Positions 7,989 to 16,297 of a DNA stretch of 18,273 bases are shown in pieces; the first letter of the stretch is position 1; each line of letters begins with the position of its first letter. A model generated the notes under the pieces. It was not told the DNA's origin and made no database searches. It worked only from the letters and a program-made list of their open reading frames with translations. Origin of the DNA: Candidatus Methylomirabilia bacterium (GTDB lineage: Bacteria > Methylomirabilota > Methylomirabilia > Rokubacteriales > CSP1-6); contig JBGQEL010000086.1 of assembly GCA_041496385.1 (NCBI GenBank), positions 1 through 18,273 on the forward strand, given 5' to 3'. The position numbers were made by a program, and so were the translations under genes.

Positions 7989-8327
7989 CTACCGGCGATC
8001 GCCGCGCATGCAGATCCCGGTGATGCTGCCGCCGAGCTTGACGCAGACCACCCCGACCCCGCAGTCGTTGTCGAAGTAGCAGCTGTTGCCGTAGCTGCGG
8101 GTCGGGTCGAGGGGCGCGTACACCGGCTTGCGGTCGCTCTGAGCTCCGGGTCCCTGACTGGAGACGCAGACGCCTTCGACCAGCCCCTGAGTCTTGATGC
8201 ACCGGTTGCCGGCGTCGCATTCGCCGTCGAAGGTGCAGGCCGACGCGGTCGGCGCGAGCAGTGCCACGCCCGCCCCCAGGATCGCGAGAACGAGCAGGAT
8301 GCGCATCGCCGCCCCGTTCCTCAGCAT
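7989..8327 (-). CDS. Small secreted cysteine-rich protein (8 Cys, two tandem Cys4 modules); start at 8327 or 8306
   Basis: Hydrophobic signal peptide MRILLVLAILGAGVALLAPTASA, followed by two C-x5-C-x5-C-x10-C repeats. It exactly fills the gap between the NHL and MFS genes. Confidence 0.78.
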   Translation of the reverse strand: MLRNGAAMRILLVLAILGAGVALLAPTASACTFDGECDAGNRCIKTQGLVEGVCVSSQGPGAQSDRKPVYAPLDPTRSYGNSCYFDNDCGVGVVCVKLGGSITGICMRGDRR

Positions 8328-8336
8328 GGGTTCATG

Positions 8337-9545
8337 TTACGCCTCTCCCCGGCCTCTGAGCGACCAGTAGCACGGCACGGCGAGGAGCGCGAGCGCCCCA
8401 GCGAGCTGCCACCGGAGTGCGACCCCGTGCAGGTCCACCAGGTAGCCGCCGAGCAGCAGGCCGACGGATCCCCCGGCCGTCGCCATCGTGCTCCGGAACG
8501 ACAGCATCGTCGCGCGGTCGCCGGGCCCGACCTGCTCGTTGAACCAGGCGCGCGCGAGCGGCTCCCGCGCCCCGAGGCAGACGTTCATGAGCACGAGAGT
8601 CACCAGCGCGCGAGTCGGGTGCGCGGCGACCAGGCCCGCCACGAACAGTAGCCCGCCGGCCAGGACGACGAGCCCGCTCACCAGCTCCCGCCGGTGCCGC
8701 GCGGCGCCGGCCAGCCGGGTCACGATCTCGGCGCCGAGCATCATCGCGAGCATCAGCGCGCAGAACACCCACCCCACGACCCAGACGCCGACCCCGTAGC
8801 CGTCCTTGAAGAGCGCTGGCCATTCGAGCCAGAGGGGTGTCCACACCACGCAGAGGATCGCCTCGGCCACGCTCAGCAGGCAGACGTGACGGAGGCGGAA
8901 GCCGAGCCGGATGCCCCGGCCCACGCGGTCGGCGACCGCCCGGCGAAGGGCGCTCAGTTCGAGGCGCCCGAGGGGGCGCACGGGCTCGCGCATGAGCCTG
9001 GCGGCCAGGCCCGACACGAAGAAGCCCGCGGCGCCCAGGAGCCAGGGCACGGCGATCTCGACGCTGGCCACGCTCGCGCCGATGACGGCCGTCGTCATCA
9101 GGCCGAGGCTCGACAGCTGCGAGACACGCGAGAAGAGGACGTCCTTCGGGCCCTCGAAGCCCGCCGCGTCCAGCGCGTCGACGCCCCCGGCGTCGACGGC
9201 CCCGTTGCAGAACGTCGTCCCGACCGCGTCGATGACTTCCGCGATCAGGAACCACACGTACGTGTGCGAGAAGAAGTAGAGCGCGAAGGCCCCGCCGCGC
9301 AGGGCGCAGCCCAGCAGAAAGGACGCGCGGCGTCCGAGCGCGTCGGCGCAGGCGCCGGTCGGCACGTCGGTGAGGATGATGACGGCGAAGTAGGCGGTGA
9401 GGACGCTGTTGATCTCGAGCTGCGTGAGTCCCCGCGCGCGCAGGAACAGCGGATAGACGCCGACCAGGAATCCCCCGGCGAGGGCGTACGCCAGGGACAC
9501 CGCATAGTAGCGCCGGACGACGTCGCCGCTCGCGAGATGGAGCAT
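8337..9545 (-). CDS. MFS transporter
   Basis: About 12 hydrophobic segments, motif A-like DVPTGACADALGRRASF in loop 2-3, and DRATMLSF in the C-terminal half. Start is ATG 9545 or TTG 9554. Confidence 0.9.
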   Translation of the reverse strand: MLHLASGDVVRRYYAVSLAYALAGGFLVGVYPLFLRARGLTQLEINSVLTAYFAVIILTDVPTGACADALGRRASFLLGCALRGGAFALYFFSHTYVWFLIAEVIDAVGTTFCNGAVDAGGVDALDAAGFEGPKDVLFSRVSQLSSLGLMTTAVIGASVASVEIAVPWLLGAAGFFVSGLAARLMREPVRPLGRLELSALRRAVADRVGRGIRLGFRLRHVCLLSVAEAILCVVWTPLWLEWPALFKDGYGVGVWVVGWVFCALMLAMMLGAEIVTRLAGAARHRRELVSGLVVLAGGLLFVAGLVAAHPTRALVTLVLMNVCLGAREPLARAWFNEQVGPGDRATMLSFRSTMATAGGSVGLLLGGYLVDLHGVALRWQLAGALALLAVPCYWSLRGRGEA

Positions 9546-9670
9546 GGGGTGCAAGCCGTGATTCTATCCGACTCCCGTGTCCCCGACCGGTTGCGCAGGC
9601 ACGCGTGATCTTGCACACTCGCCCTGCCCGGGGCGCCAACCCCGGGCGCGTGGCAGAGGAGGATGGGCCC

Positions 9671-10768
9671 ATGCAGGCGACGGCGGCCGTGCTCTACGAG
9701 GTGAAGAAGCCCCTGGTGATCGAGGACGTCGAGCTGCTCGAGCCCCGCGCGCAGGAGGTGCTCGTGCGCTGGGCGGCGAACGGCGTCTGCCACAGCGACC
9801 TGCACGTGATGACCGGCGACTACCCGCACCCCCTGCCCGTGATCCTGGGCCACGAGGCGGCCGGCGTGGTGGAGAAGATCGGGCCGGGCGTGCTGTCCGT
9901 CCAGCCCGGCGACCACGTGTGCTCGAGCTACATCCCCTCGTGCGGCAAGTGCTGGTACTGCATCAGCGGCCAGCCGACCATGTGCGCGCTCCGCGACAAG
10001 CCGCGCTGGTTCATGCTGGACGGCACGCCCCGCTTCGCGAAGCGGGGCCAGCCGATCCACCACTTCCTCCAGGTCGCGGGCTACGCCACGCGATCGGTGC
10101 TGCCCGAGGAAAGCGTGATCCCGATCCGCAAGGACGCGCCGCTCGACCTCGCCTGCCTGGTCAGCTGCGGCGTGCTCGCGGGCGCCGGTCCGGTGTTCAA
10201 CCGCGCGAAGGTGCCGGCGGGCGCCAGCGTGGCCGTGTTCGGCTGCGGCGGGGTCGGGCTCAACACCATCCAGGCGGCGCGCATCGTGGGCGCGGGCAAG
10301 ATCATCGCGGTGGACGTCAATCCGCAGAAGCTCGTGTGGGCCGAGGAGTTCGGTGCCACGCACGTCGTCGACGCCTCCAAGGAGGATCCGGTCGCGCGCG
10401 TGCAGGCGATCTCTGGCCGGGCCGGCGTCGACTTCGCCTTCGAGGTGGTCGGCACCCAGCAGACGATCGAGCAGGCGCTCAGCTCGACCCATCGCGGCGG
10501 CATGTGCGTCGTCGTGGGCGTCTCGCCGGCCGGCACACGGCTCTCGATCGACCCCGGCCTATTTCTCCAGCAGCGCGTGCTCACCGGTTCGTCGTTCGGG
10601 GGTGGGCACCAGCGCACCGACGTGCCGCTCCTCATCGACCTCTTCATGGACGGCCGGTACCAGCTCAAGGAGATGGTGACGCGGCGCCTGCCGCTCACGG
10701 AGCTGAACCACGCCTTCGACCTGATGCAGCGCGGCGAGGTCAAGCGCAGCGTGATCGTCTACGAGTAA
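9671..10768 (+). CDS. Zn-dependent alcohol dehydrogenase (MDR, class III / formaldehyde-dehydrogenase-like), NAD-dependent
   Basis: GVCHSD, ILGHEAAGVV, structural Zn site CGKCWYCISGQPTMC, SCGV, GCGGVG, AVD (acidic residue, NAD-type). GAGGAGG RBS before ATG 9671. Confidence 0.95.
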   Translation: MQATAAVLYEVKKPLVIEDVELLEPRAQEVLVRWAANGVCHSDLHVMTGDYPHPLPVILGHEAAGVVEKIGPGVLSVQPGDHVCSSYIPSCGKCWYCISGQPTMCALRDKPRWFMLDGTPRFAKRGQPIHHFLQVAGYATRSVLPEESVIPIRKDAPLDLACLVSCGVLAGAGPVFNRAKVPAGASVAVFGCGGVGLNTIQAARIVGAGKIIAVDVNPQKLVWAEEFGATHVVDASKEDPVARVQAISGRAGVDFAFEVVGTQQTIEQALSSTHRGGMCVVVGVSPAGTRLSIDPGLFLQQRVLTGSSFGGGHQRTDVPLLIDLFMDGRYQLKEMVTRRLPLTELNHAFDLMQRGEVKRSVIVYE

Positions 10769-10788
10769 CCGCCCGAAGGAGGGCCCGC

Positions 10789-11394
10789 ATGGACGCGCGT
10801 GACATGTTCCTGGACCAGCACAGCGTGGTGCACTCGGCCGCCGTGGCCGGCAACAAGATGTCGGCCGTCGAGCGCACGCTCACCGGCCTGAGCGACGAGC
10901 AGATGCGCGTGCGCCCGCGCGAGGACCTGAACTCGCTGGCGTGGCTCGTCTGGCACATCGCCCGGGTCGAGGACATCATGGTCAATCCGGTGCTCGCCGG
11001 GCGGGCCCAGGTCTTCGACGACGCCTGGCTCAAGCGTCTCGGCATCACCCGGCGCGACTTCGGCATCGGCATGACGAAGCCCGAGGTGTCCGAGCTGACG
11101 GCGACGATCGACCTGGCGGCGCTGCGCGAGTATCGTGATGCGGTCGGGCGCCGCACACGCGATATCGTCGGCGGCTTCAAGGACCAGGACTGGCAAGGCG
11201 AGGTGCCGGCGGCGAGCCTCGAGCGCGCCGCCGCGGAGGGCGCGTTCGGGACGCGCGCCGAGCAGCTGGTGAAGGCGTTCACCGGGCGGCCGCGCGCGAT
11301 GGTGCTGAGCGGCATCGCGCTCTTCCATCCGGCGCAGCACCTCGGCGAGGCGGCGACCGTCCGCGGCGCCGGCGGCTTCGGCACGGGCGTCTGA
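10789..11394 (+). CDS. DinB/YfiT-like superfamily protein
   Basis: GLSDEQMRVRP..NSLAWLVWHIARVED and C-terminal HPAQHLGE give the three-His metal site typical of DinB. AAGGAGG RBS; 20 bp after the ADH stop. Confidence 0.88.
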   Translation: MDARDMFLDQHSVVHSAAVAGNKMSAVERTLTGLSDEQMRVRPREDLNSLAWLVWHIARVEDIMVNPVLAGRAQVFDDAWLKRLGITRRDFGIGMTKPEVSELTATIDLAALREYRDAVGRRTRDIVGGFKDQDWQGEVPAASLERAAAEGAFGTRAEQLVKAFTGRPRAMVLSGIALFHPAQHLGEAATVRGAGGFGTGV

Positions 11395-11409
11395 TCGCGC
11401 GCCGCGGAG

Positions 11410-12468
11410 CTACTTCGGGCTCTGGAGCGCGCGCCGGACTTGGGGTAGCACCTCTCGCGCCATCCGCGCCATGTAACCGCGCTCGCCCTCGTCCGGCGTC
11501 GGCGGGTTCGGGATGGGATGCAGGACGACGTAGTCGAATGCCGCCGGCGCCGCGCGGAGCACCTCGACCAACTGCTCGGCCACCTCGCCCCCTCCCCCCC
11601 GCACGCTGAAGGCGTCGGCGGCGTCCGCGGGCAGGAAGTCGACGACGCGGCCGCTGGCCTCGAGGTCCGGCGCATGGTGGAAGTCGGGCCACACGCCCGC
11701 CTCGCGCTTGAGCGTCTCGGGATCGGGTCCGGACCACGCCAGACGCGGCGGGTCGAACAGCGCCGGGGAATATTCGTAGTAACCCGCCGCCAGGGATTTG
11801 GCCATCGTCAGCGCACGCGCCGGATCGTCGACGAGCACGGTGTGGAACACCGCGCCCAGACGCACGCTCGCCGGGTTCCGTCCGGCCTCGGCGGCGCCGG
11901 CGCGGATCGCGTCGACGGCTGATATGAGGTTGGCCTGGTGAGTCCCGACGCGGATGAAGACACCGTCGGCGACGCCGCCGGCCATGCGGAGCGTGCGGGG
12001 CCCGCCGGCGGCGATCCAGATCGGGACGGGCCGGTGGTGCGGCAGGCGCGCCGGCCGCTCCGCGCCGACGTCGACCGACTCGCCGTCCAGCAGCTTGCGC
12101 ATCAGGCGCGTGCTCGCGTCCAGCTCCTTGACCCGCGCCGGCCGCAGCCCGGCCAGCCGCACGGCCGTGTCGCCGACGCCCCAGCCGAGCAGCGTGCGGC
12201 CGGGCGCCAGCTCGTCGATGGTGGCGATCGACGAGGCGGTCACGCTCGGGTGGCGGTTCACGGGATTCGCCAGCAGCGGGCCGAGCGCGATGCGCTCCGT
12301 CGCCCGCGCCGCCGCGGCGAGCAAGACGTAGGTGTCGCGGCGGCGGAGCTGCGAGTCCGGCTGGAAGGCCGCATCCCAGCCGAGCGTCTCGGCGCGTCGC
12401 ACGTCGGCGGCGAACGCTTCGACGGAGCGGGCGTCGAAGCGGTTCAGGCCGAAGCGGGGCACGTTCAT
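11410..12468 (-). CDS. LLM-class flavin/F420-dependent oxidoreductase (Mer-like)
   Basis: AETLGWD.AF.PDS, RDTYV.LAAAA.ATERI.LG...NPV.RHPSVTASSIAT.DELAPGR..LG.GVGD, PVPIWIAAGGPRTLR.AG.VADG. Confidence 0.9.
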   Translation of the reverse strand: MNVPRFGLNRFDARSVEAFAADVRRAETLGWDAAFQPDSQLRRRDTYVLLAAAARATERIALGPLLANPVNRHPSVTASSIATIDELAPGRTLLGWGVGDTAVRLAGLRPARVKELDASTRLMRKLLDGESVDVGAERPARLPHHRPVPIWIAAGGPRTLRMAGGVADGVFIRVGTHQANLISAVDAIRAGAAEAGRNPASVRLGAVFHTVLVDDPARALTMAKSLAAGYYEYSPALFDPPRLAWSGPDPETLKREAGVWPDFHHAPDLEASGRVVDFLPADAADAFSVRGGGGEVAEQLVEVLRAAPAAFDYVVLHPIPNPPTPDEGERGYMARMAREVLPQVRRALQSPK

Positions 12469-12478
12469 CGCCGCGCCG

Positions 12479-12522
12479 ATTCTACACCGCGGCTTGTCCT
12501 CGAGTACCCGGAAGGGTAGAGT
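12479..12522. promoter_or_regulatory. Divergent sigma70-type promoters in the 60-bp gap between the two LLM genes
   Basis: Plus strand: TTGTCC (12494-12499), 17 bp, TAGAGT (12517-12522), 6 nt, ATG. Minus strand: TAGAAT (12484-12479), 10 nt, ATG. No SD on either side. Confidence 0.6.
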
Positions 12523-12528
12523 CCGCCC

Positions 12529-13473
12529 ATGCGATACGGCTTCTATCTACCGACCCGAGGTCAGACGGCGACGCCGGAGGCGCTCCAGACGCTGGTCCAG
12601 CGCGGCGAGGAGCTGGGGTTCAGCTCGGTCATGATCGCCGACCACATCGTGTTCCCCGTCACGATCACCTCGAAGTACCCGTACACGGTCAGCGGCGCGT
12701 TCCCCGGGCAGGGCGACGCGCTCGACCAGTTGAGCCTCATGGCCTTCATTGCGGCCAAGACGAGCGCCTTGCGCCTGGTCAGCAGCGTGATGATCCTGCC
12801 GTACCGCAATCCGGTGGTGACGGCCAAGGCGCTGGCGACCATCGACGTGCTGTCGAACGGGCGCGTCACGGTCGGCGTGGGCGTGGGGTGGCTGCGCGAG
12901 GAGTTCGAGGCGCTCGCCGCGCCCGACTTCGATCGCCGCGGGGCCGCGAGCGACGAGTACCTGCAGATCTTCAAGTCGCTGTGGACCGAGTCCCCGGCCT
13001 CCTTCGCGGGCCGGTTCTACCGGTTCGACGCCATCCGCTGCCTGCCGCAGCCGGTCCAGAAGCCGCACCCGCCGATCTGGATCGGGGGCCACACCCGCGC
13101 GGCGCTGCGCCGTGTGGCGCGATTCGGCGACGGCTGGCATCCGGTGGGCGCCAACCCTGCCGTGCCGCTCCGGCCCGCGGAGCTGCGCGCGTCGCTCGAC
13201 GAGCTGGCCCGGCTCACCGAAGCGGAGGGACGCGATCCCGGCGCGCTGACGATCTCCTTCAAGGCGCCGGTCTACGATCCGGCGCAGTCGCTGGACGGTC
13301 GCGGCGCCGAGCGCCGGCCGTTCTCGGGAAGCGCCGAGCAGATCGTGGAGGACATCGCGAGCTACGCGCGCCTCGGCGTGAGCGAGCTCATCTTCGACTT
13401 CCGGAGCGAGAGCCTGACGGAGAGCCTCGAGCGCATGGAGCGCTTTGGCTCCGTGATCCGCCTGGGGGTGTGA
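12529..13473 (+). CDS. LLM-class oxidoreductase, probable F420-dependent (Rv2161c-like group)
   Basis: EELGFSSV.IADHIVFP...SKYPY, LSLMAFIAAKT..LRL.SSVMILPYRNPVVTAK.LATIDVLSNGRVTVGVGVGWLREEFEAL, P.PVQKPHPPIWIGG...ALRRVARFGDGWHP. Confidence 0.9.
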   Translation: MRYGFYLPTRGQTATPEALQTLVQRGEELGFSSVMIADHIVFPVTITSKYPYTVSGAFPGQGDALDQLSLMAFIAAKTSALRLVSSVMILPYRNPVVTAKALATIDVLSNGRVTVGVGVGWLREEFEALAAPDFDRRGAASDEYLQIFKSLWTESPASFAGRFYRFDAIRCLPQPVQKPHPPIWIGGHTRAALRRVARFGDGWHPVGANPAVPLRPAELRASLDELARLTEAEGRDPGALTISFKAPVYDPAQSLDGRGAERRPFSGSAEQIVEDIASYARLGVSELIFDFRSESLTESLERMERFGSVIRLGV

Positions 13474-14372
13474 TCGCGCGTCGCGCACCGGCGGCGCATC
13501 GCGAAGGCCTCCTTCTGCTCGGCACGGTCGTCCTCGCCTGGGGCCTGACCTGGCCCGTGAACAAGGTGATCCTCGCGAGCCTGACGCCCGTCTGGCTGGT
13601 CGCCCAGCGCTCGGCGATCGCCACGGTCGCGCTCTTCCTGATCGCGATCGCGCTGGGCCGCCTCGTCCTGCCGCGCCGCGCGGACCTGCCGGTCCTGCTC
13701 AGCATCGCGCTGCTTCACATGGTGGGCTTCGGGGTGCTGGCGTGCGTGGGATTGCAGCTCGTGCCGACCGGGCGGTCGGTCGTGCTGGCCTACACGACGC
13801 CGCTCTGGGTCACGCCCGGGGCCAGCCTCTTCCTGAGGGAGCCCTTGACGCCGCGCCGCGCGCTCAGCGTGGTCGCGGGCCTCCTTGGCCTCATCGTGCT
13901 GTTCAATCCACTGGCCTTCGACTGGGCCGACCGCGGCGCCGTGCTCGGCAACCTCGCGATCCTCGCCGCCGCCTTCCTCTGGGCTGCGAGTATTCTGCAC
14001 AGCCGCGGCCACCGCTGGCGCTCGACACCGTTCGAGCTCGTGCCATGGGAGACGCTGCTCGCGACGCTGGTCCTGACGCCGTTCGCGCTCGGCATCGACG
14101 GCGTTCCCGACGTCGCCTGGAACGCGTCGCTGGGGCTCATGCTGCTCTGCGCGGGCATCCCGGGCACGGCCCTGGCCTACTGGGCGATCACGACGGCCAG
14201 CCGCAGCCTGCCCGCCGTGACCACCTCGCTCGGGCTGCTCCTGACGCCGGTGGTCAGCGTCGTCACCGCGGCGCTATGGCTGGGGGAAACGCCGACCCCC
14301 TCGCTCGTGGCCGCGATCGTTCTGATCCTCGGTGGCGTGGCCATCGGGACCACCGGGGATGACGCTCGGTGA
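13470..14372 (+). CDS. DMT/EamA family transporter
   Basis: Ten hydrophobic segments; WGLTWP, R..IA, VLAYTTPLW......LFLREP, LLTPVVSV..A.LWLGE.PT...VAA..LILGGV. The GTG start overlaps the LLM stop (GTGA). Confidence 0.92.
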   Translation: MIARRAPAAHREGLLLLGTVVLAWGLTWPVNKVILASLTPVWLVAQRSAIATVALFLIAIALGRLVLPRRADLPVLLSIALLHMVGFGVLACVGLQLVPTGRSVVLAYTTPLWVTPGASLFLREPLTPRRALSVVAGLLGLIVLFNPLAFDWADRGAVLGNLAILAAAFLWAASILHSRGHRWRSTPFELVPWETLLATLVLTPFALGIDGVPDVAWNASLGLMLLCAGIPGTALAYWAITTASRSLPAVTTSLGLLLTPVVSVVTAALWLGETPTPSLVAAIVLILGGVAIGTTGDDAR

Positions 14373-14488
14373 CAAGTCTTCGGTCATCCTGCTCAGGAAT
14401 CGCCCCCGCTCCTCACCATTGCCTTCGCCTCGGACGTGGAAGCTGCCGGAAACTATTGCGTTCCGCTAATACGAAGTCGGGATCTCGC

Positions 14489-14503
14489 TGGCACCCGACT
14501 TGC
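14489..14503 (+). promoter_or_regulatory. Sigma54 (RpoN) -24/-12 promoter
   Basis: TGGCAC-CCGAC-TTGC matches the TGGCAC-N5-TTGC consensus exactly. It is intergenic, correctly oriented and 15 nt upstream of ATG 14519. Confidence 0.72.
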
Positions 14504-14518
14504 GGGTAGCCCACGCGT

Positions 14519-15064
14519 ATGAGCCCGGGAGGTCATCTCGTCACCACGGCCATCGCGGCCGGCGTTGTCCTGGCCGGCACCGGCTCAGTGCCCCTCGCGG
14601 CAGGGATCGGGATCGGCGGGTTCCTCATCGATATCGATCATGTGGTGGACTACGTGACCGTCGAGCGCCGGCGTGACCTCAGGCCCGCCGCGTTCCTGCG
14701 CTACTACGCGACGGGCCGCATGCGCCGTGTCGTTCTCGCGCTCCACTCCTACGAGCTAGTCGCGGTGCTCGCGGCGCTCGCGTGGTGGCTCGACTCGACG
14801 TGGCTCGCGGGCTACCTGGCCGGCGCCGTGATGCACCTGGCGCTCGACATCGTCTACAACGGGCGGCTGACGCCGAAGAACATCTTCGCGTTCTACAGCC
14901 TGGGCTTCCGTTTCGCGCACGGGTTCGACGCCGAGACGCTCTTCGGCTCGGAGCCGCTCGTGGTCCCGTCGGGCTTCTGGCGGTCGTTCTTCGTGGGGCC
15001 GCGCCTGGCGCGCCCTGGCGTGGCGCGCCAGGCCGACTCCCCTCGTCTCGTCTCTCGCGGCTAG
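14519..15064 (+). CDS. Membrane protein, YdjM-like putative metal-dependent hydrolase
   Basis: Pattern H (GGHL) ... DIDH ... LHSYE ... HLALD interspersed with hydrophobic helices. Confidence 0.75.
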   Translation: MSPGGHLVTTAIAAGVVLAGTGSVPLAAGIGIGGFLIDIDHVVDYVTVERRRDLRPAAFLRYYATGRMRRVVLALHSYELVAVLAALAWWLDSTWLAGYLAGAVMHLALDIVYNGRLTPKNIFAFYSLGFRFAHGFDAETLFGSEPLVVPSGFWRSFFVGPRLARPGVARQADSPRLVSRG

Positions 15065-15091
15065 CTCACCCGCGACGCTCGCGTCACACCC

Positions 15092-16297
15092 TCACGCCGG
15101 CGCAGCGCCCTGGGTCGCCGTGTAGAGCGCGTACAACGACTGGCTGGCGGCCATGAACAGACGGTTGCGCTTGGGGCCGCCGAAGCAGATGTTGCCGCAG
15201 ACTTCCGGCAGCCGGATGCGACCGATGAGCTTGCCCGCCGGATTCCAGACGGTCACGCCGCTGTAGCCGACCGAGCGGCCGGCGTTGCTCGAGACCCAGA
15301 GGTTGCCGTCGACGTCGGCGCGCGCGCCGTCGGGCCCGCACTTCACACCGTCGACCATGAAGTCGCTGAAGAGCTTCTGGTTCGACACCTTGTTGTCAGA
15401 GCCCACGTCGAAGGCGTGCATGTCGCCCTTGCCGCCCGGCCCGGTGTCACCCGGCCCTTTGCCGGTGCTGATGACGTAGAGCTTCTTGTAGTCGGGCGAG
15501 AAACAGAGGCCGTTCGGATCCGGGACCTGGCTCTCGCTCACGACGAGGTCGACGCGCCCGCTCGGATCCACCCGGTAACAGTTCGTCGGCAACTCGCGCT
15601 TGAGCAGGCCGACTGTAGGGCCCTGGCCGAGGCGCGACTTCAGCCGCCCGGCCGCGTTGCTCGGCCCGCCCGGGGCGTCCGGGGCGCCCTCGTAGAGCTG
15701 GCCGCCGTACGGAGGGTCGGTGAACCAGTAGCTGCCGTCCGGATGCGGCACGACGTCGTTGGGCGAGTTGAGCGGCTTGCCGCTGTACGAGTCCGCGATG
15801 ATCGTCACGGAGCCGTCGTTCTCGTAGCGGACGACGCGCCGATTCAGGTGCTGGCAGGAGAGCTGGCGGCCCTGGAAGTCGAACGTGTTGCCATTGCTGT
15901 TGCCCGAGGGCATGCGGAAGACGGTCACGCGGCCGTCGTCCTCGATCCAGCGGAGCTGCCGGTTGTTGGGGATGTCGCTCCAGACCAGGTAGCGGCCCTG
16001 GCTGCTCCAGGCCGGCCCCTCAGACCAGAGCGCGCCGGTCCACAGGCGCTGGATCGGCGCGTTCGGCTGGCGGAGTCCGTTGAACGCCGGATCCAAGGTG
16101 AGGACGTCGGCGTCCGTGAAGTAGACGTTCGGCGCCCCGTTTGGCCCGAAGTCCCGGGGAGGGGTCGTGACCGTGCTCGGCGGCGCGACCGGTCCAGTCT
16201 GACCCATGGCCACGCGCGGCACGACGGCCGCGACACCCGCGACTGCGCCCGCCGCCACGATGAACTTGCGCCGCGACACGAGACTGCTTTCTTCCAT
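15092..16297 (-). CDS. SMP-30/gluconolactonase family protein with Tat signal peptide
   Basis: Start MEESSLVSRRKFIVAAGAVAG (twin-arginine SRRKFI) after a GGGAGGG RBS. Motifs: WSEGPAW, LVWSDIPNNR, NSNGNTFD.QGR, LNSPND, WFTDP.YG, PNGLCFSPD, PDG...DVDGNLW, NICFGG..RN.LF. Confidence 0.93.
   Translation of the reverse strand: MEESSLVSRRKFIVAAGAVAGVAAVVPRVAMGQTGPVAPPSTVTTPPRDFGPNGAPNVYFTDADVLTLDPAFNGLRQPNAPIQRLWTGALWSEGPAWSSQGRYLVWSDIPNNRQLRWIEDDGRVTVFRMPSGNSNGNTFDFQGRQLSCQHLNRRVVRYENDGSVTIIADSYSGKPLNSPNDVVPHPDGSYWFTDPPYGGQLYEGAPDAPGGPSNAAGRLKSRLGQGPTVGLLKRELPTNCYRVDPSGRVDLVVSESQVPDPNGLCFSPDYKKLYVISTGKGPGDTGPGGKGDMHAFDVGSDNKVSNQKLFSDFMVDGVKCGPDGARADVDGNLWVSSNAGRSVGYSGVTVWNPAGKLIGRIRLPEVCGNICFGGPKRNRLFMAASQSLYALYTATQGAAPA

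Noticed and set aside
7989..8010. C-terminal RGDRR of the Cys-rich protein as an amidation signal for the neighbouring PAL-like enzyme, or as an integrin-binding RGD
   Set aside because: It is not the G-[KR]-[KR] amidation pattern. The peptide is exported while the PAL-like protein is cytoplasmic, the genes are convergent and no PHM is present. A single RGD is easily chance in GC-rich codons.
6229..9554. RiPP-like biosynthetic cluster (Cys-rich peptide, MFS, NHL and SDR)
   Set aside because: No radical SAM, YcaO, lanthionine synthetase, RRE or peptidase gene. The peptide has an ordinary Sec signal and gene orientations are mixed.
9577..11394. 605-aa ORF (similarly the N-terminal extensions of 5953..6987, 6546..7976 and 12888..14372)
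   Set aside because: The extensions are stop-free alternative frames typical of high-GC DNA. True starts are supported by SD sites or coupling at 10789, 6229, 6993 and 13470.
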